From assembly GCA_013265495.1 (NCBI GenBank), contig MU057521.1:248001-312000 (forward strand): a DNA stretch of 64,000 nucleotides, given 5' to 3'. Source of the DNA: Vicugna vicugna. Lineage: Eukaryota. This document shows, one piece after another, positions 1 to 12,989 of the stretch. Numbering within the stretch: position 1 is the first letter of the stretch; each line of letters opens with the position of its first letter. The translations under genes and the position numbers were made by a program. Under the pieces are notes generated by a model. That model was not told where the DNA came from. It made no database searches and saw nothing but the letters and a program-made list of their open reading frames with translations.

Positions 1-894
1 AAAAGAGAGCAGAGGGGCCTCTGTAGTTAGGCCATCTGGATTCTTTAAGGGCCTGGGTGAGCGCGGTCCGGGACCCGGAGGCAGGAAGAAGCCAGTCTGA
101 AGTACAGGTAGGTCGAGGGAACTGTTAAGGCCATCTTCATCATAGATTCTTCCGCTAATGATTTCACGTTTCTGACACTCAGCCTGGGCTTTTCCGTAAC
201 ACCATGGAAACTGTCCTTAAGCAGAGAACTGGTCCTTTGATCCAGGAAACTGAGGCTCTAAGGGTATATCATTTTGCTTTCTGCCAAACTGAATGTGCAC
301 CTTAATAGTTTTCTTCCAAGACTTCAAGGCCAGAGCAAAGACAGGATAGATTCAAGTGACATATATAGTTGTACACATTGTACTTTAACAGGGATAATTT
401 TTTCCTAATTGATCAAGAAAATTCAACTCTCTTTCAATAGCAATGAAAATAGAATTGATAATACTTGCTGTGCTCTAACTTAGGCCTTTACCACACTGTT
501 TGTTGAAAATGATGCAGCATACATATTATGTGGGAGCAGAGAGGTTGAATTTAATCAGCGCCTTTTGTTTTCTTGCTATTTGCTTTGATTGCTACAGGTT
601 AGCTGTTTGGCTCTGTTAAGCCATTATCTCTTCCTCCCACGCATTCCTTTCTTCTCTTTGTTTCATTAGCATCTTTATTTTGTAATTTCTTTATTGTTGG
701 AGCTGTGATGCTCAGGGTTTAAATGATTGTTTCACTTCCAAAATCCCTTTTCATCAGAAACTTTTATTTCAAACTAAAGCAGTTTGAACAAATATGATGT
801 CTACTTTGGAATTGTATTTCTTCATACATTTGTGAGAGAGTTAGTAGCATACTATTGAATGATGTGGGTAATAATGTAAATTAGCATAATTCCC

Positions 895-1388
895 TGTAGG
901 TTGGGTATGCTAAATTGATTGCCTTGATAGACCCAGTTAATGGCCTTAGTATATCCACGCTCTTTGTAGAATGATTTTGCTGCTGCCCTCACCAAGAGCT
1001 AGAGTGATTTCTCCACTCCTTGACTCTGTGCTGGGCTTCTGACTTGCTTTGACCAATAGAATGAAGCAGAAGAGATGTTTGCCAGTTCTAGCCTAGGAAC
1101 TCTAGTGGATGCCTGCATCTGCCAGGGGTATTAAACCTGGACTAGCCAATGGGAGGATTAGAGACCACATTGAAGAAGAATGGGTATTCTCAGCCAGTCC
1201 CTACACAACCCATGAACTAACTGCAAGTACTGAGCTAAACTACTCAAGATCAGTCACAGCTCTTTGTATCAGATGAACCACTGATTGATCCATAGACTCA
1301 GAACAAAAATAAATGTAAATGTTTTCCACCACTAGGATTTGTGGTTGCTTGTTACACAGCACTATTAGAGTATTAAGTAACTGATACA
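895..1388 (+). mobile_element. MaLR solo LTR, MLT1G/H-like
   Basis: MLT1 motif 'gacttgctttgaccaatagaatgaagcagaag...gccagttctagcctagg' and 3' end 'gcttgttacacagca...taactgataca'. Confidence 0.8.
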
Positions 1389-1434
1389 TCAGCTTTCCTT
1401 TTCTGAGAGGGCACACATTTTTCTTCCACCTAAT

Positions 1435-2200
1435 TATTTTGAATACTTGCTGAGTGTCATCCTATATATCAAAGTACAATGAATGGTTAGGACTAAAGGC
1501 ACAGAAACAAATAGCAATACCCTTCTCTCAGCTGACATGCTCATGTGAGAGACAGAGGGAAAAACCAGTCAACACTTTATAACAGAGTGTGATGTGTTGT
1601 ATCTGATGAGCACAGGGTTCATCAAGCTCCCATAATGGTATGTAACTCAAACAGTTATCAAGCCGTCTTCTTGAGAGTGACTGACACATGTGGAACCTGG
1701 AATTAGGAAGAGTAGGAGCTAGGTCAGTTAAAAAGATGTGACAGAAAAACATTCCAGTAAGCAACAAATTAATTTCTAAATCATGAGAGAGCAAAGGCTA
1801 CTGCAGAAATGTTAAGTACTTGAAAATAATGACATATGTGGGTTTTAGCAGAGATGATTTTGAAGAGTTAAGTAAAAAACAGATTAGAGCATAATTATGC
1901 TTGTGTTCCAAATGTTTGATCTCTATCTTGAAAATCACAGAAAAAAAAAGAAGGTTATTAAGAATTATAGTTGATGTGTTTATTCCAAGCATTTCAGCCA
2001 CGGAGAAAAATATGGAAGGGTTAAAAATAAGAGGTATGCAGGAAGAGGCTACTGCAGTAATTCAGGCAGCAGGTGAGGAGGATGTGGTGGTGTACCTGAA
2101 GCCATGGAAAAAATGCAAAGAAAGAAAAGAGTAACAAGGATAGAGACCTTGGTTGTGCTAATATTCCAGGAATGGGTCTAGGGACAATGAAAAGTGAAAG
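1435..2200 (-). mobile_element. L2 LINE remnant
   Basis: Purine-rich antisense L2 pattern ('acttgctgagtg...', 'aacattccag', 'actgcagtaattcaggcag'). Confidence 0.55.
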
Positions 2201-2469
2201 AAAAGAAGACCCACCACATATGTGGAAGGGAATTAAGCTAGCAAATGGTATCACAGTTGATAGCTTGGCATCCCATGGGAACTTCCAAAAGTTTTTGAGG
2301 GAGTGTCTGACTAAGTGACTAAATGACCACTAGAAGAAAGAAGGAGTATCAAGGGAGAAATGTTAAACTCAGAAATGTTTGGGGACTAAATTTATATCTT
2401 AAGTTATGAATAAAATTTAATCTCATGGTTATACCTTCATAATTGAGAGTTTCTCAAAGCAGGTAGAGA

Positions 2470-2918
2470 AAAGGCAAAAATGGCCACATAACCTTTCCTT
2501 CCTTCATAAGCTAGAATCTCTTCCCTTCAATCTGGAAAGCCCACGTCACTTGATTTGACTAAAGAATGCAGTGGAAGGGAAACAAGGCAAATTTCGAGCC
2601 TGACCTCAAGAGACTTTTATATGTGTCTCTCTCGGGACCGTGAGACTACTATGTGTACAAGCCTGGACTAACCTGCTGGGGGCTAAGAGGCCAACTGAAA
2701 TAAAGACAAGCCTTTCTAGTTAACATCCCCTTTGACCAGCTAGCTCCAGTCAACCAGGGAGCTTGCCATAGGTGACTGAGAGAGCCCAGCTGAGATCCGC
2801 TGAAGGACTTTCTAGCTGAACCAGATCAAAGTGCATATCCAATGACAAAAGTATGGCTATTGTTTTAAGTCATAGTGTTTAATGATGAATTTTTAAGCTA
2901 TAGAAGCCAACTGATAGA
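2470..2918 (+). mobile_element. MaLR solo LTR, MLT1H-like
   Basis: 'cacttgatttgactaaagaatgcagtggaag...gcctgacctcaagag', 'aagcctggactaacctgctg', end 'ctattgttttaagtca...caactgataga'. Confidence 0.7.
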
Positions 2919-3889
2919 AAAGTTTTCCTAGAAAGATGGTCCCGGAATATCATGGCTTCCAGTTGGAACCAAGATACTACTATTGTTCATGCTCTACATT
3001 CTGCGATAGTGTCTGCATATTGAATTCATGACATAGGAATATAAACGTAAAGAAAATGAAGCAGAGTGGAAAGAAAATGATGACTCTCTACTTAACTAAA
3101 CTAGGTAGGGATAAAATTGATAACCTTTATGGTTTGAATTCATAAGCCCATTTTACCCTCAATTTAGTTTTATGTCTTCAAAAGCTTCTGTCCAATTTTA
3201 CAGAGTTCATAGAAGAAATAATTTTCTTTTGAAATTTCAGAATTGCTTTCTGGTTCAATTAAACCTTGATGCCAGGGCAACTGAAGCTGTAACCAGTTGA
3301 CTGTCCTCCATATCTTGGCCAAGTGAATACATTCTGCATTTTTCCTTTATCTGCCTTGCATAAATTATTCATTGATTGAATTCATATTTCCAGGAACACA
3401 GTTGGAAATGGCTTTAAAATTGTGCCCTTTAATAAAGCGTTCTGTTTTTTTCTCATTAAATGTTTTCGTATAGTCAACTATTGCTTCTAACCCAACCACA
3501 GCCATGCCTTGGTGGCTCATTATCACCGTAGGTTCTTTTACTCTCCCACGGTATTCTTTTTTCTATACCTGAGTTTGCTACTCCAGAAACACATGTACAA
3601 TCCTCATATATGAAATCCTACATTTATGCAGTTTCCTCTGACAAATGAAAAGTATGAGAAGCAATACGTGGACCTGAGCAACATTCTGTTTTATTCCCCA
3701 GTACCTTTCCTCTTTTCCTTCACTCTTCCCCCGCCTTCCTTTCATCTTTCATTTATCAGAATATAAAACCATTATTTGATATGTTGTTTATAGTGTGGCT
3801 TTATATACAATTTATTCTTGAATTCCCATCTCTCTTAAATGTTTCGTGTTTTGAATCCATAAAATAATGTTTTTTTCCTCAAATTAAAT

Positions 3890-4110
3890 GTCATATAGTA
3901 GAAAGAGAAGAAAATTTGAAGTCATACAATTGTATTTAATCCCGACTGCACCATACTCTTGAAAAGAAATGTCAAGTAACCTAAATGATTCTCACTATTT
4001 TATCTACAAAATAAATTACCCTATTTTAGAAGAGTGGTATGAGAATGGCATTAATTGTCCCTATGTATTAAAAAAAAAACTTTGTGACATAGGTGGTGCT
4101 TTAAACATTG
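3890..4110 (+). mobile_element. MIR SINE
   Basis: 'aatcccgactgcacca...caagtaacctaa...tatctacaaaat' MIR core-like order. Confidence 0.5.
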
Positions 4111-4723
4111 CAGAGTTGTGTGAGAAGTTCTAGGAAGTAAAACAAATACTGAGTTCTTAAAATGAACTAAAGAAGAGAAAGCCTTCTTTTGGACTTGAAA
4201 TTTTAAATGACCCTTGCTGGGTTTAAAAAATTGATACTTTTAAGAGAGGAGAGTTCTTCTAGGGAAGAGACTTTCTAGGTATCTGGGCTTCTAATGGCTA
4301 TTTCTGTAGGCTTCTAAATATTTAAAATGGAAACTTTTGCATTTTTATGATTACTCTAATCTAGATCTCCTATTCCAAGACTGATACATGTGCACATGCT
4401 CTTACATAAGTAACAGCAAAGGTAATCTCTCTTTCATTATGGTATTTTAACTTTCATGAGAATTGTCCCTATATAGAAAGAATATATTTCTAATTTCATA
4501 TTCACAGCTTTTCTTCCATTTTCATCTATTTTTTCAATCACATTTTTCACTTCACAAGCTTGGAACATATCTTATGCAACAAAGCAGAAAGTATCATCCC
4601 AAGTACAAAGTCATATATACTTCAAATAGACACTGAGTAGACAAAAAGATGAATTCACTTTTTGTCAACCCCATCCTCTGTTTCTCCTTTGTCACATTTC
4701 TTTCTGTGCTCCTTGGTAACCAG

Positions 4724-4855
4724 GAAAGACATAGTGAGTAAATTATAAGGAAAGAACTCCTCACCTCACAAAAATCTATGCAACGAGGTGAAGTTCAGAT
4801 TCAACCTAACCATGCCCTATTGGTTGTACTACTTTGGATATTATTTATTGCAAAG
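4724..4855 (+). other. Candidate exon with ATG at 4778 (MQRGEVQIQPNHALLVVLLWILFIAK)
   Basis: Pyrimidine tract then cag| acceptor; AAG|gtaaga donor; hydrophobic stretch; non-repeat context. Confidence 0.3.
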
Positions 4856-4994
4856 GTAAGAGATACAGTTTATTTTCAAACTTGTAGCATTAAACATGCT
4901 GTTAGATGGGAGAGTCACTTGGTTTGCATTTTCTATTTGTGGCCTCCAGAGGGCAGCATTCATTTTTTCAATACTGTAGAACATTAATATCTCT

Positions 4995-5025
4995 CTATCT
5001 GTCTATCTATCTATCCATATATCTA
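4995..5025. repeat. Degenerate (TCTA)n microsatellite
   Basis: ctatctgtctatctatctatccatatatcta. Confidence 0.7.
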
Positions 5026-5952
5026 CCTTTGAATTTACATCTGTGTTTCTCCCTAGGGGAAAGGAGTCCTCCACTAACAAAAAAGACTTGTGAGAAAATA
5101 GAAATACATTGTATACTATCGTTTTAAATGCTATCAGGTATTTTCTTTGCATTTCTGAAAGAACAAATACAATGTGGCCAACAAAGCAGAATCCTTCTCT
5201 ATGAATTTTTCAGTAATACTAAAAATCAGCTAAACATGATTTTACTTTCCTTAAAAAACCCTATTTGATTTTATAAATAATTAAGCATTCAAATAGATGC
5301 TGATAATGACCCCAGTCCCTTCAAAAACCAGAAAACAAGCACAGAAAGAAAACCTGACTTTTCCAGGGCAAACAGTGAGTTTGTCCAAGAATAAAGAATA
5401 TGACATAGTGGCATGTCCTGAACAACACTCAGATCTCCGGATACACTGCAAGGAAAACTGAGATGCTCTCTTTGTAAAAGCTTTTCTTATGCATGTACTT
5501 GTTTAGATTTTTAATAAATCAAGACCGGTAAGTAACCATTTATAAACTACTGGTATTTTCCTAACTATAGAAGGAGTGCATGATACAGAGTCATTTGGGA
5601 GTGCAGGGAATTAAATGTGTGTTGCCCAACTAATGAGACTTTTAATGACCTCTCCTCTGATAAGCTATTCAAAGAAAAATTCAGAGAGAAGGTGAAGAGA
5701 GCTTTATTCTAATTTATTCTTTCTTAATTCCCATATTTTAATTTGTCTTTTAAAAATGGCAGAACAAAATGATCATTTTCACAGAAACATTTTAGTTAAT
5801 GGTAGAGGAAAAAAAATCAGCCTTGGAATTTGCTTTGAAAATTTGAAGCATCTGGAGGCGTTGGGGTTCTGGTTACAGAGAGAACAGAGACCATGAATGA
5901 GGACTATGGAGAAGGTAAAAGTATAAGACATATTATTAATAATTCTACACAA

Positions 5953-6063
5953 CAATGAATATATGTATGTTCATGTATAACTGAAAAATTGTGCTCTACA
6001 CTGGAATTTGACACAACATTGTAAAATGACTATAACTCAATAAAAAAAAAACTTTTAAAAAAC
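5953..6063 (+). mobile_element. Young, heavily 5'-truncated L1 3' end (camelid-type) with A tail and TSD
   Basis: 'gtataactgaaaaattgtgctctacactggaatttgacacaacattgtaaaatgactataactcaataaaaaaa'; flanking direct repeat tctacacaa at 5944-5952 and 6064-6072. Confidence 0.85.
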
Positions 6064-6799
6064 TCTACACAAAATCATGGCAACTAAATTTACTTCCTCC
6101 AAATTAAAGAAAAATAAAGTTGTTACTAGCGTTTAAAAATGCAAGAAATGGAAATGTATTATTTTGCTATGCTGTGCCTGCCCCCTCACCTTTGTCTCTG
6201 GTTATTTGCAGGACTTGGTCACATAAACTTTCACAATGACACATTTTTTTATGGACGAGGAGCCCACGATCCTCAAATCCACTCTCGAGAAAATTAATAC
6301 TTGGGGGAAAGTGCAGAATGATTGAAAGATGGTCTTAACAAATTATGGTATTTTTTCTTCCCACCCGTACTACGTGGGAATGAAGCTACATTTACAGGAT
6401 TCTTCTTTAACAGAAGCACTGTAATTTACACTCAAAATCAACTCAGGTGGAGCAATTCGGGGAGCCCAGGTATCACAGGATCGCTATTTGTCAGATATTA
6501 TTATTCTAGAAGGCTCCCTAGGAGAGGCATAAATTTGCCCTGAAATAACACATCACATAATAACAGCAAGGGGCTCGTCTCACAGGCTGCGCACCTGCTC
6601 AGAAGGCCCGTCCTACTGAGCCTGTCAAGCCAACCTGCTCATTCGTGTGGCAGTCTCAGCCCTTAGGAGCTGCCAGAGCAAGACCAGACCATCAAATCAC
6701 CCACTAACATGTTGTCTTTGAAGCATAGAGAGGGTAGATCTGTTTTGTTTGGAAACCTAAATATTTTAAGAAGGATGGAATGGCTAAGTGGGAAGATAG

Positions 6800-6930
6800 C
6801 AGATGCTAGAGTCGTAGAATCCCAGTTTAAAATCCTTATTTGGTCACCTTATTAGCTGTGAAGATCAGTGTCTTCACATTTAAACCAGGAATAATAACGC
6901 TCTCCACATAGGGTTATGGTGAAGATTATC
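6800..6930 (+). mobile_element. MIR SINE fragment
   Basis: 'ccttattagctgtga...tcttcacatttaaaccaggaataataacg...atagggttatggtgaagatta'. Confidence 0.6.
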
Positions 6931-8301
6931 ATTGTGTTAGGTCAGTACACACTGCATATGCCTGGACATCCTGAACATTTCTTTCTGTGCTGGTTCAGGG
7001 GACCTTTTATACACAACTACAGATGCTGTCCTTCAAGTAAGATGACAGAGAACCTCGTGAACAGCGTAACCCCATGCTCTGAGCAGTAGCACTCACCTAT
7101 TACATGTCCCTGCTCACATTTAATCTATGGATTGTGGTTACTGCAGGCTGGGTGCAATAGAGGGTGATTCTGGCCCTAGGACCGTAAAAAGTGCTATGTG
7201 ACTTTTACTGAAGTCACACTTAGCACTAATTCAGTATCAAGTTCCAAACAGCACCTTCCTGGCTAACTAGTACTCGAGCCACTTGTAAGAACATTTTAAG
7301 GCAAAGATAGCTCTTTCTTTGAAGGTGAGAGCGAACCTTGTTAATGAGTACTGTTTTGGTTCATTGCGTTATTAAACCTTGTCATCTTCACCCATTTATA
7401 GCTCTACTGTCATTTTGGAAGCGTGGCATTAGGGAGCATACTCATTCACCCAGCCAATCCTAATAGTAGGTGTGGTTTGCTCAAACTTAAATGAAAAGCT
7501 AGGCTCAGCAATTTAATCCAAATAATGAGCTACCAATTATTTTCAGAATCTTAGAGCCCCTTTTGGTTACAAATTGCTATTTGCAGATAGCAACTAGTCA
7601 ATCATTTTCACCACAAAGCTTCTTATTATGTAAAATGGTTTTAATCATTAAAAGTGTTTGGAGTTTCAAAAAGTCAGACAGCACTGAAATACCTAATAAT
7701 ACACTCCAAGCCATCTACAATGAATTTCAACTTCATCTGGCTCCAAAGAGAAAATTGACTAAAATATTTTTGGTAGATGAGTTATCAGTGGGTTTCCACT
7801 GCATATATTATTTCCAACAGGGATAAGCATATGGTTAAGCAGAAAAAGAACTGACTGATTTGATTAAAAGTTTTTTTTTTTTTTTTTTGCTTAGAAAACC
7901 ATAAATAGAGATCATGTAGAGAAACATGGCAAGATTTCTCAGGGCACTATAATTTTAGACATATATGATTTTATATATATAGTTATATATACATAGCTAT
8001 ATATGAATGGAACCCATATAAAGAATCTCTCATAAAGAAATAATTAATATTATAAAATAATATCCTCCTTAATCATTTTTAAAGTATCTTCCTTTTGTAT
8101 TATTCACCTAAAACCCCCCCAAATCACCAGGGAACAGGATCATAATAAGCATAATTAAAAAACAGGAAAACATAAACTACTTGCAGAAGATGCCCTCATC
8201 CTAGAAAAAAGTAGAGACATTTTCTAGGATTAGTTTTAGCTTGCACACTAAGTCACTGGTTCAAGAAGAGATGGTTCCAAGACTATTATCTTTTTTTTAA
8301 A

Positions 8302-8347
8302 ACCATATACAAAAATTAACTCAAAGTGGATCAAAGATCCAAACGTT
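8302..8347 (+). mobile_element. Short sense L1 ORF2 fragment, inverted relative to the adjacent L1
   Basis: 'accatatacaaaaattaactcaaagtggatcaaagatccaaacgt' encodes the PYTKINSKWIKD ORF2 motif. Confidence 0.8.
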
Positions 8348-8348
8348 A

Positions 8349-9722
8349 TTTTTTTGCATGTGGATTTATTTTCCCAACACAATTAGTGAAAATACTGCCA
8401 TTTAATGGTCTTGACACTCTTGTTGAAAATTATTTGATCACATTTTCAAGGGTGTTTCTAGGCTCTTTATTCTATTTCACTGATTTATTTGTCTGTCTTT
8501 ATGGCAGTACTACACTGTTTTATTTACTATAGATTTGTATTAAGTTTGAAATCAGGAAATGTGAAATCTCCATATTCATTTTTGTTTTTCAGGAATTTTT
8601 TGGCTACCTGGGGTCCCTCACTATTCTATGTGAATTTTAGGATGGATTTTTCTATGCCTGCAAAAAATGTTGGCATATTGATAGGGATGGTATTGAATTT
8701 GTAGATCACTGGATAGTATTGACATCTTAATAATATTAAGTCTTGCAACTATGAACATGGGATGTATTTCCATTTATTTGTGTCATCTTAATTTTTCTTA
8801 GGAACCTTTTATAGTTTTAAGAGCATAAGTCTTCTGACTCCTTAGTTAAGTGTATTCTCAAGTATTTTATTCAGTTAGATGTTACTGTAAATGGAATTAT
8901 TTTTCTTAACTTCTTTTTCAGATTGCTCATTGTTACTGTATAAAAAACTAGCAGATTTTTGCGCATTAATTTTTTTATCCTACAGTTTTGTTGGATTAGT
9001 TTATTAACTTCAAAAAGTTTTTAACTTATGTCGTCTTTACGGTTTTCTATGGCTCATGTCATCTGCAAACAGAGACAACTACTTACTCTTTTCTGATGTA
9101 AATTCCTTTTATTTATTTTTTTAACCTAATTGCAGTGGCTTGAAATTTTAATATTATGTTGACTAGCAGTGGCAAAAGAGGATTCCTTGTCTTGTTCCTA
9201 ATCTTAGAGGAAAAGCTTTCAGTCTTTCACCACTGAGTATAATGTTAGTTGTTGGTTTTCATATACAGCCTTTATTATGTTGAGGTAGTTTTGTTTTATT
9301 ACTAGTTTCTTGGGTGTTCTTATCATGAAAGGGTGTTGAATTTTGTCAGATGTTCTCTCTGCATTAACCGAGATGATCATGTGGTTTTCATTCTTCATTC
9401 TGTTAACATAGTGTATTACGTTGATTAATTTTTGTGTATTGAATCACCTTTGGATTCCAAGAATAAATCTCATTGGGTCAGAGTGTATGATCCTTTAATG
9501 CGCTATTGAATTTGGTTTAAAAGTATTTTGTTGAGGATTTCTGCATCAATAGTCATAAAAGGTACTGGTCTGCAGTTTCCTTTTTTGTGTTGTCTTTGAC
9601 TTTGGTATCAAGGTAATGCCAGATTTGTAAGAATAAGTTAGGAAGTGTTCTCGCTTTTATTTTTCGGAAGAATTTGAGAAGGTTGTTAAATGGTTGTTAT
9701 AATGCACAAGTGAAGCCATCTG
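8349..9722 (-). mobile_element. L1M ORF2 (RT region) remnant
   Basis: Antisense ORF2 motifs 'ttgatagggatggtattgaatttgtagatc', 'ccttgtcttgttcctaatcttagaggaaaagctttcag', 'gtattttgttgaggatttctgcatc', 'gtgaagccatctg'. Confidence 0.9.
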
Positions 9723-10949
9723 ATTTAAATAACTACTGAATTACTTCAAATGAGGACTAGAAAAATGGTGAGAAGGAAAGCAATGAGTCAGTGCTAATAT
9801 CTTTAAAGGAAGAAGGATACTGGCAGGAAAAAAAATCATTGAATAAAGATTGAGGAGTAGGTGGAGAAACCTGATTCCATTGGCTTCAAGGCAATTTGTT
9901 ATTTATAGAATGATCTAGAAATGACAATCAGATGCCATCCAAGATGCATCGTATAAGATGTGTTTGAGAGGAAAGTGTCATTATTTGAGAAGACTGCAGG
10001 AGTAACTATGTCTCTAGGAAAGAAACAGATTTCAACTATAGCAAGAACTTGCAGTTGAGAGGTTGAGGAAGCAGGTGTTGCTGATGAGTTGACTGTGAGA
10101 TGCTGACTACGTCTCAGTGGAAGGTTTTGTGTGAGTCAGAGAGAGGATGCAACGGGAGTAGATAAAGGGATGTATAGGACCACATGAGGATTAGAATAGG
10201 AATGAGGAGGAGTATTTAGAAAGCATGAACTTCTTGTTGGGTAGATGCAAACTGAAAGGTAAGACATGGTGTGACTATTCTACTAGTAAATGCACATCAT
10301 CATTTCTCACATTGTCCCTCTTCCTTAGGAACAATGGTCCGTAATTTTCTTTTCCTGTCATGTGTTTGGTTTCATATTAGGATAACACAGGACTATAAGG
10401 GTGGTGGTGGAACAGGCAGGGGTGTCCTCACCAGAAACAAGCAAACCTTTTGGGGCTCTTTTAAAATTGTGTTCAGTGAGGAATTCTGTAAGATAAATTT
10501 CTAAAAGAATTATTGGTTCAATATGTATGTCCTTTTTTTAAAGTGTGACTGTTGCTTATGGAAAGATGATATCCACTCTTAAAAATATTACTTAATAGAG
10601 CTAGGGCAAAAACAGAAAGAAAAACTCTTAAGTTCCACCATTCAGAAAAGAAGTACCTTAAATACTATATAATTTTTAAAGATAGTTCTGTGTATATGCA
10701 GATAGAAAAAGAATTAGAAAATATTTTATAAAAACATTGTAATGATTCTTCATGGCTATCTTAGCTTATGAAACCTGAACTTTATTTTATAAAGTTGAAA
10801 ATAATAAAAGGATTCTGAAATAAAGCGAAAGAAACTAGAACTCTTGACAAATGTTTTTACACAGAAAATAAATTGTTTTCTAAAAGATTCCACTAAGAAA
10901 ATGAAATATGATTATGACAAACACTGCAAAGTTGAAACTACCATTTTAA

Positions 10950-11640
10950 GTATGTTTGAATTTTAGACACTATTTATTTCCATACTAAAAATGATGAGAA
11001 ATTTTATTTTTTACCTTTATCCTCAGTTTCCCCAAATCTCTTCATTTTATCATTATTTTCTATTAAGGTTTGGAACATTTGCATGATAACACATTTCACA
11101 GAGTTATTTCCTCTTATTTTCATATTTAAATGGATTTAGTAGTAAATACTCGTCTTTTTTTTTTTTTTTGCCAGAGCTTATCAATTCTTGCAGTGTTTTG
11201 ATTCACATCATGGATGGCTGGATGTCATCATCAAGCAATAATCATAAGAACTGGATTCTACAGGTTATTGTATACTTCAAAATATATACGTTTTTCTTAT
11301 ATTGTGTTAAACCTTGCTTATATGGAATATTCTTGGAACACATTATCTTTTATTTAGTAATTTGTATGCATTACTATAAAGAATTCTAAAATTGGATGCT
11401 CCTATGGAGAAAAATGATGTCAATAGGAATTTTTCCTCTGAAGCTGACTAGCATTTGCTGCCTAAAATATTGTTTTTCTTTTTCCATTATTTATCTAATT
11501 TATCTAGGATATGACGGTGTCGATTGCTACATGATTTTTTTTTTCCCCTCTTGGGACAAAAGCCTTTTTAAACTGCAGGTTTACAACTTTCTTAGATTAC
11601 ATAATTTTTTTTCCTATTATAGTTTAAAAATATTTTTATT
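10950..11640 (-). mobile_element. Old L1/HAL1 ORF1-region remnant
   Basis: T-rich antisense pattern ('gttaaaccttgcttatatggaatattcttggaacaca', 'ggagaaaatgatgtcaatagg'). Confidence 0.4.
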
Positions 11641-12905
11641 AGATGTTGAGTAGTAAAATATGATATTTATAAAATATTTGCATAATATCCATGTACCTTT
11701 GACCCAATTTAAGAATAAAAGTGCTTCCATTAACTAGATACCCTCCGTGTACCCCGGAATCAATCTTCTCCTGCCCTCCCTCCTCAAGGTAACCACTGCT
11801 GTGAATTTTGTGTTAGCCATTTTTGTCATTTTAAAAATTGTTTTACATCATGTTTTTTCCCCCTGAATAACATGCTTAGTTTTTCATGTTTCTGAAATTT
11901 ATATAAATGGAGTAACATCGTGGGTATCCTTCAACTTATATTTGTTATTCAATATTATTTTCAAGAGAACCAGCCATGGTATTCAATGGAGCTCATTTAA
12001 TTTCATGGTTCTATATTATGATATTGTATATATTGTCCGTAATTTATTTATTCTACAATGAATAATATTTGGGTTATTTCCAGTTAAGAACAATACTGCT
12101 ATGAACTATCTTGTCCACAGCTTTGGGAACATTTATACAAGAATTTCTCTCAATCTAGGAGTAGAATTGTTGAGTCACAGTCGGGAGTGGAATTACTGAC
12201 TTAAAGGGTGAATGTATGTTTATCTTTTGTTAGATAGCATCAAACGTTTTGTCAGCAGTTGAGAGAATTTACACTCCCACCTAGCAAATGTCCAAGTCCC
12301 AATTATGCCACTCCCTTCTCAACACTTGATATTGGCCATTGTTTGAGTTTTAACTAATCTGACATGTGACTATTATTTTAATTTGCCATGATGGCTAACA
12401 AAATTGAAAACCATTATATATTCATCTTGGACATTTGGATATCCTTTCTGAGGTGACTGTTGAAGCACTATGCCCATTTTTTAAACATTGCATTGCTGAT
12501 TTATTTATTTACTTACATAAAAGTTTACCTTTCACATTAACCATCTGTCATTCATCTCAAATTTTTGTGTGATATAAATTCAGAATCAAGGTTCATATTG
12601 TTAAACATTTCTATACAGATATCCTTTTGCTGCAGCACAATTTAATGAATTGCATTAGTATTGTTGCTGTATATCGGGTGTGTAGGTCTGTTTCCAGGGT
12701 CTTTGTGCTAATCCATTTGACTATTTGTCTGTTTTGGGGCCAATACAACACTTCACTTCTGTATCTTTTATAGTAAGTCTTGATATTTGGTGGTATAAAT
12801 CCTCCAACTTTGTTTTTCTTCCTCCAGATTACCTTGGCTACTCTAGGTCTCTGAGATTTTGATACATATTTTAGAATTAGCTAGTTACATTTCCCAAATC
12901 ATTCT
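11640..12905 (-). mobile_element. L1ME-type 3' end and ORF2 C-terminus remnant
   Basis: 'aggtaaccactgctgtgaattttgtg', 'aacaatactgctatgaac', 'ctaggagtagaattgttgagtca', 'gtaagtcttgatatttgg...cctccaactttg'. Confidence 0.8.
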
Positions 12906-12989
12906 GTTCCCCTGTGTCTTGGAGAGACAGGTGGTCACAGAGAGCTATAAACCATGGTGCAAACTTCCTAAGTTATTATTTACATTCCA

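Noticed and set aside
1998..2072. Exon-like AG...GT unit
   Set aside because: Inside an L2 remnant and most likely a pseudo-exon.
895..2918. Two same-strand MLT1 LTRs as a provirus
   Set aside because: The intervening DNA looks like L2 rather than MaLR internal sequence, and the LTRs are quite divergent from each other.
5057..5137. 81-nt exon-like unit as an internal coding exon
   Set aside because: Stops in all three frames; at most non-coding.
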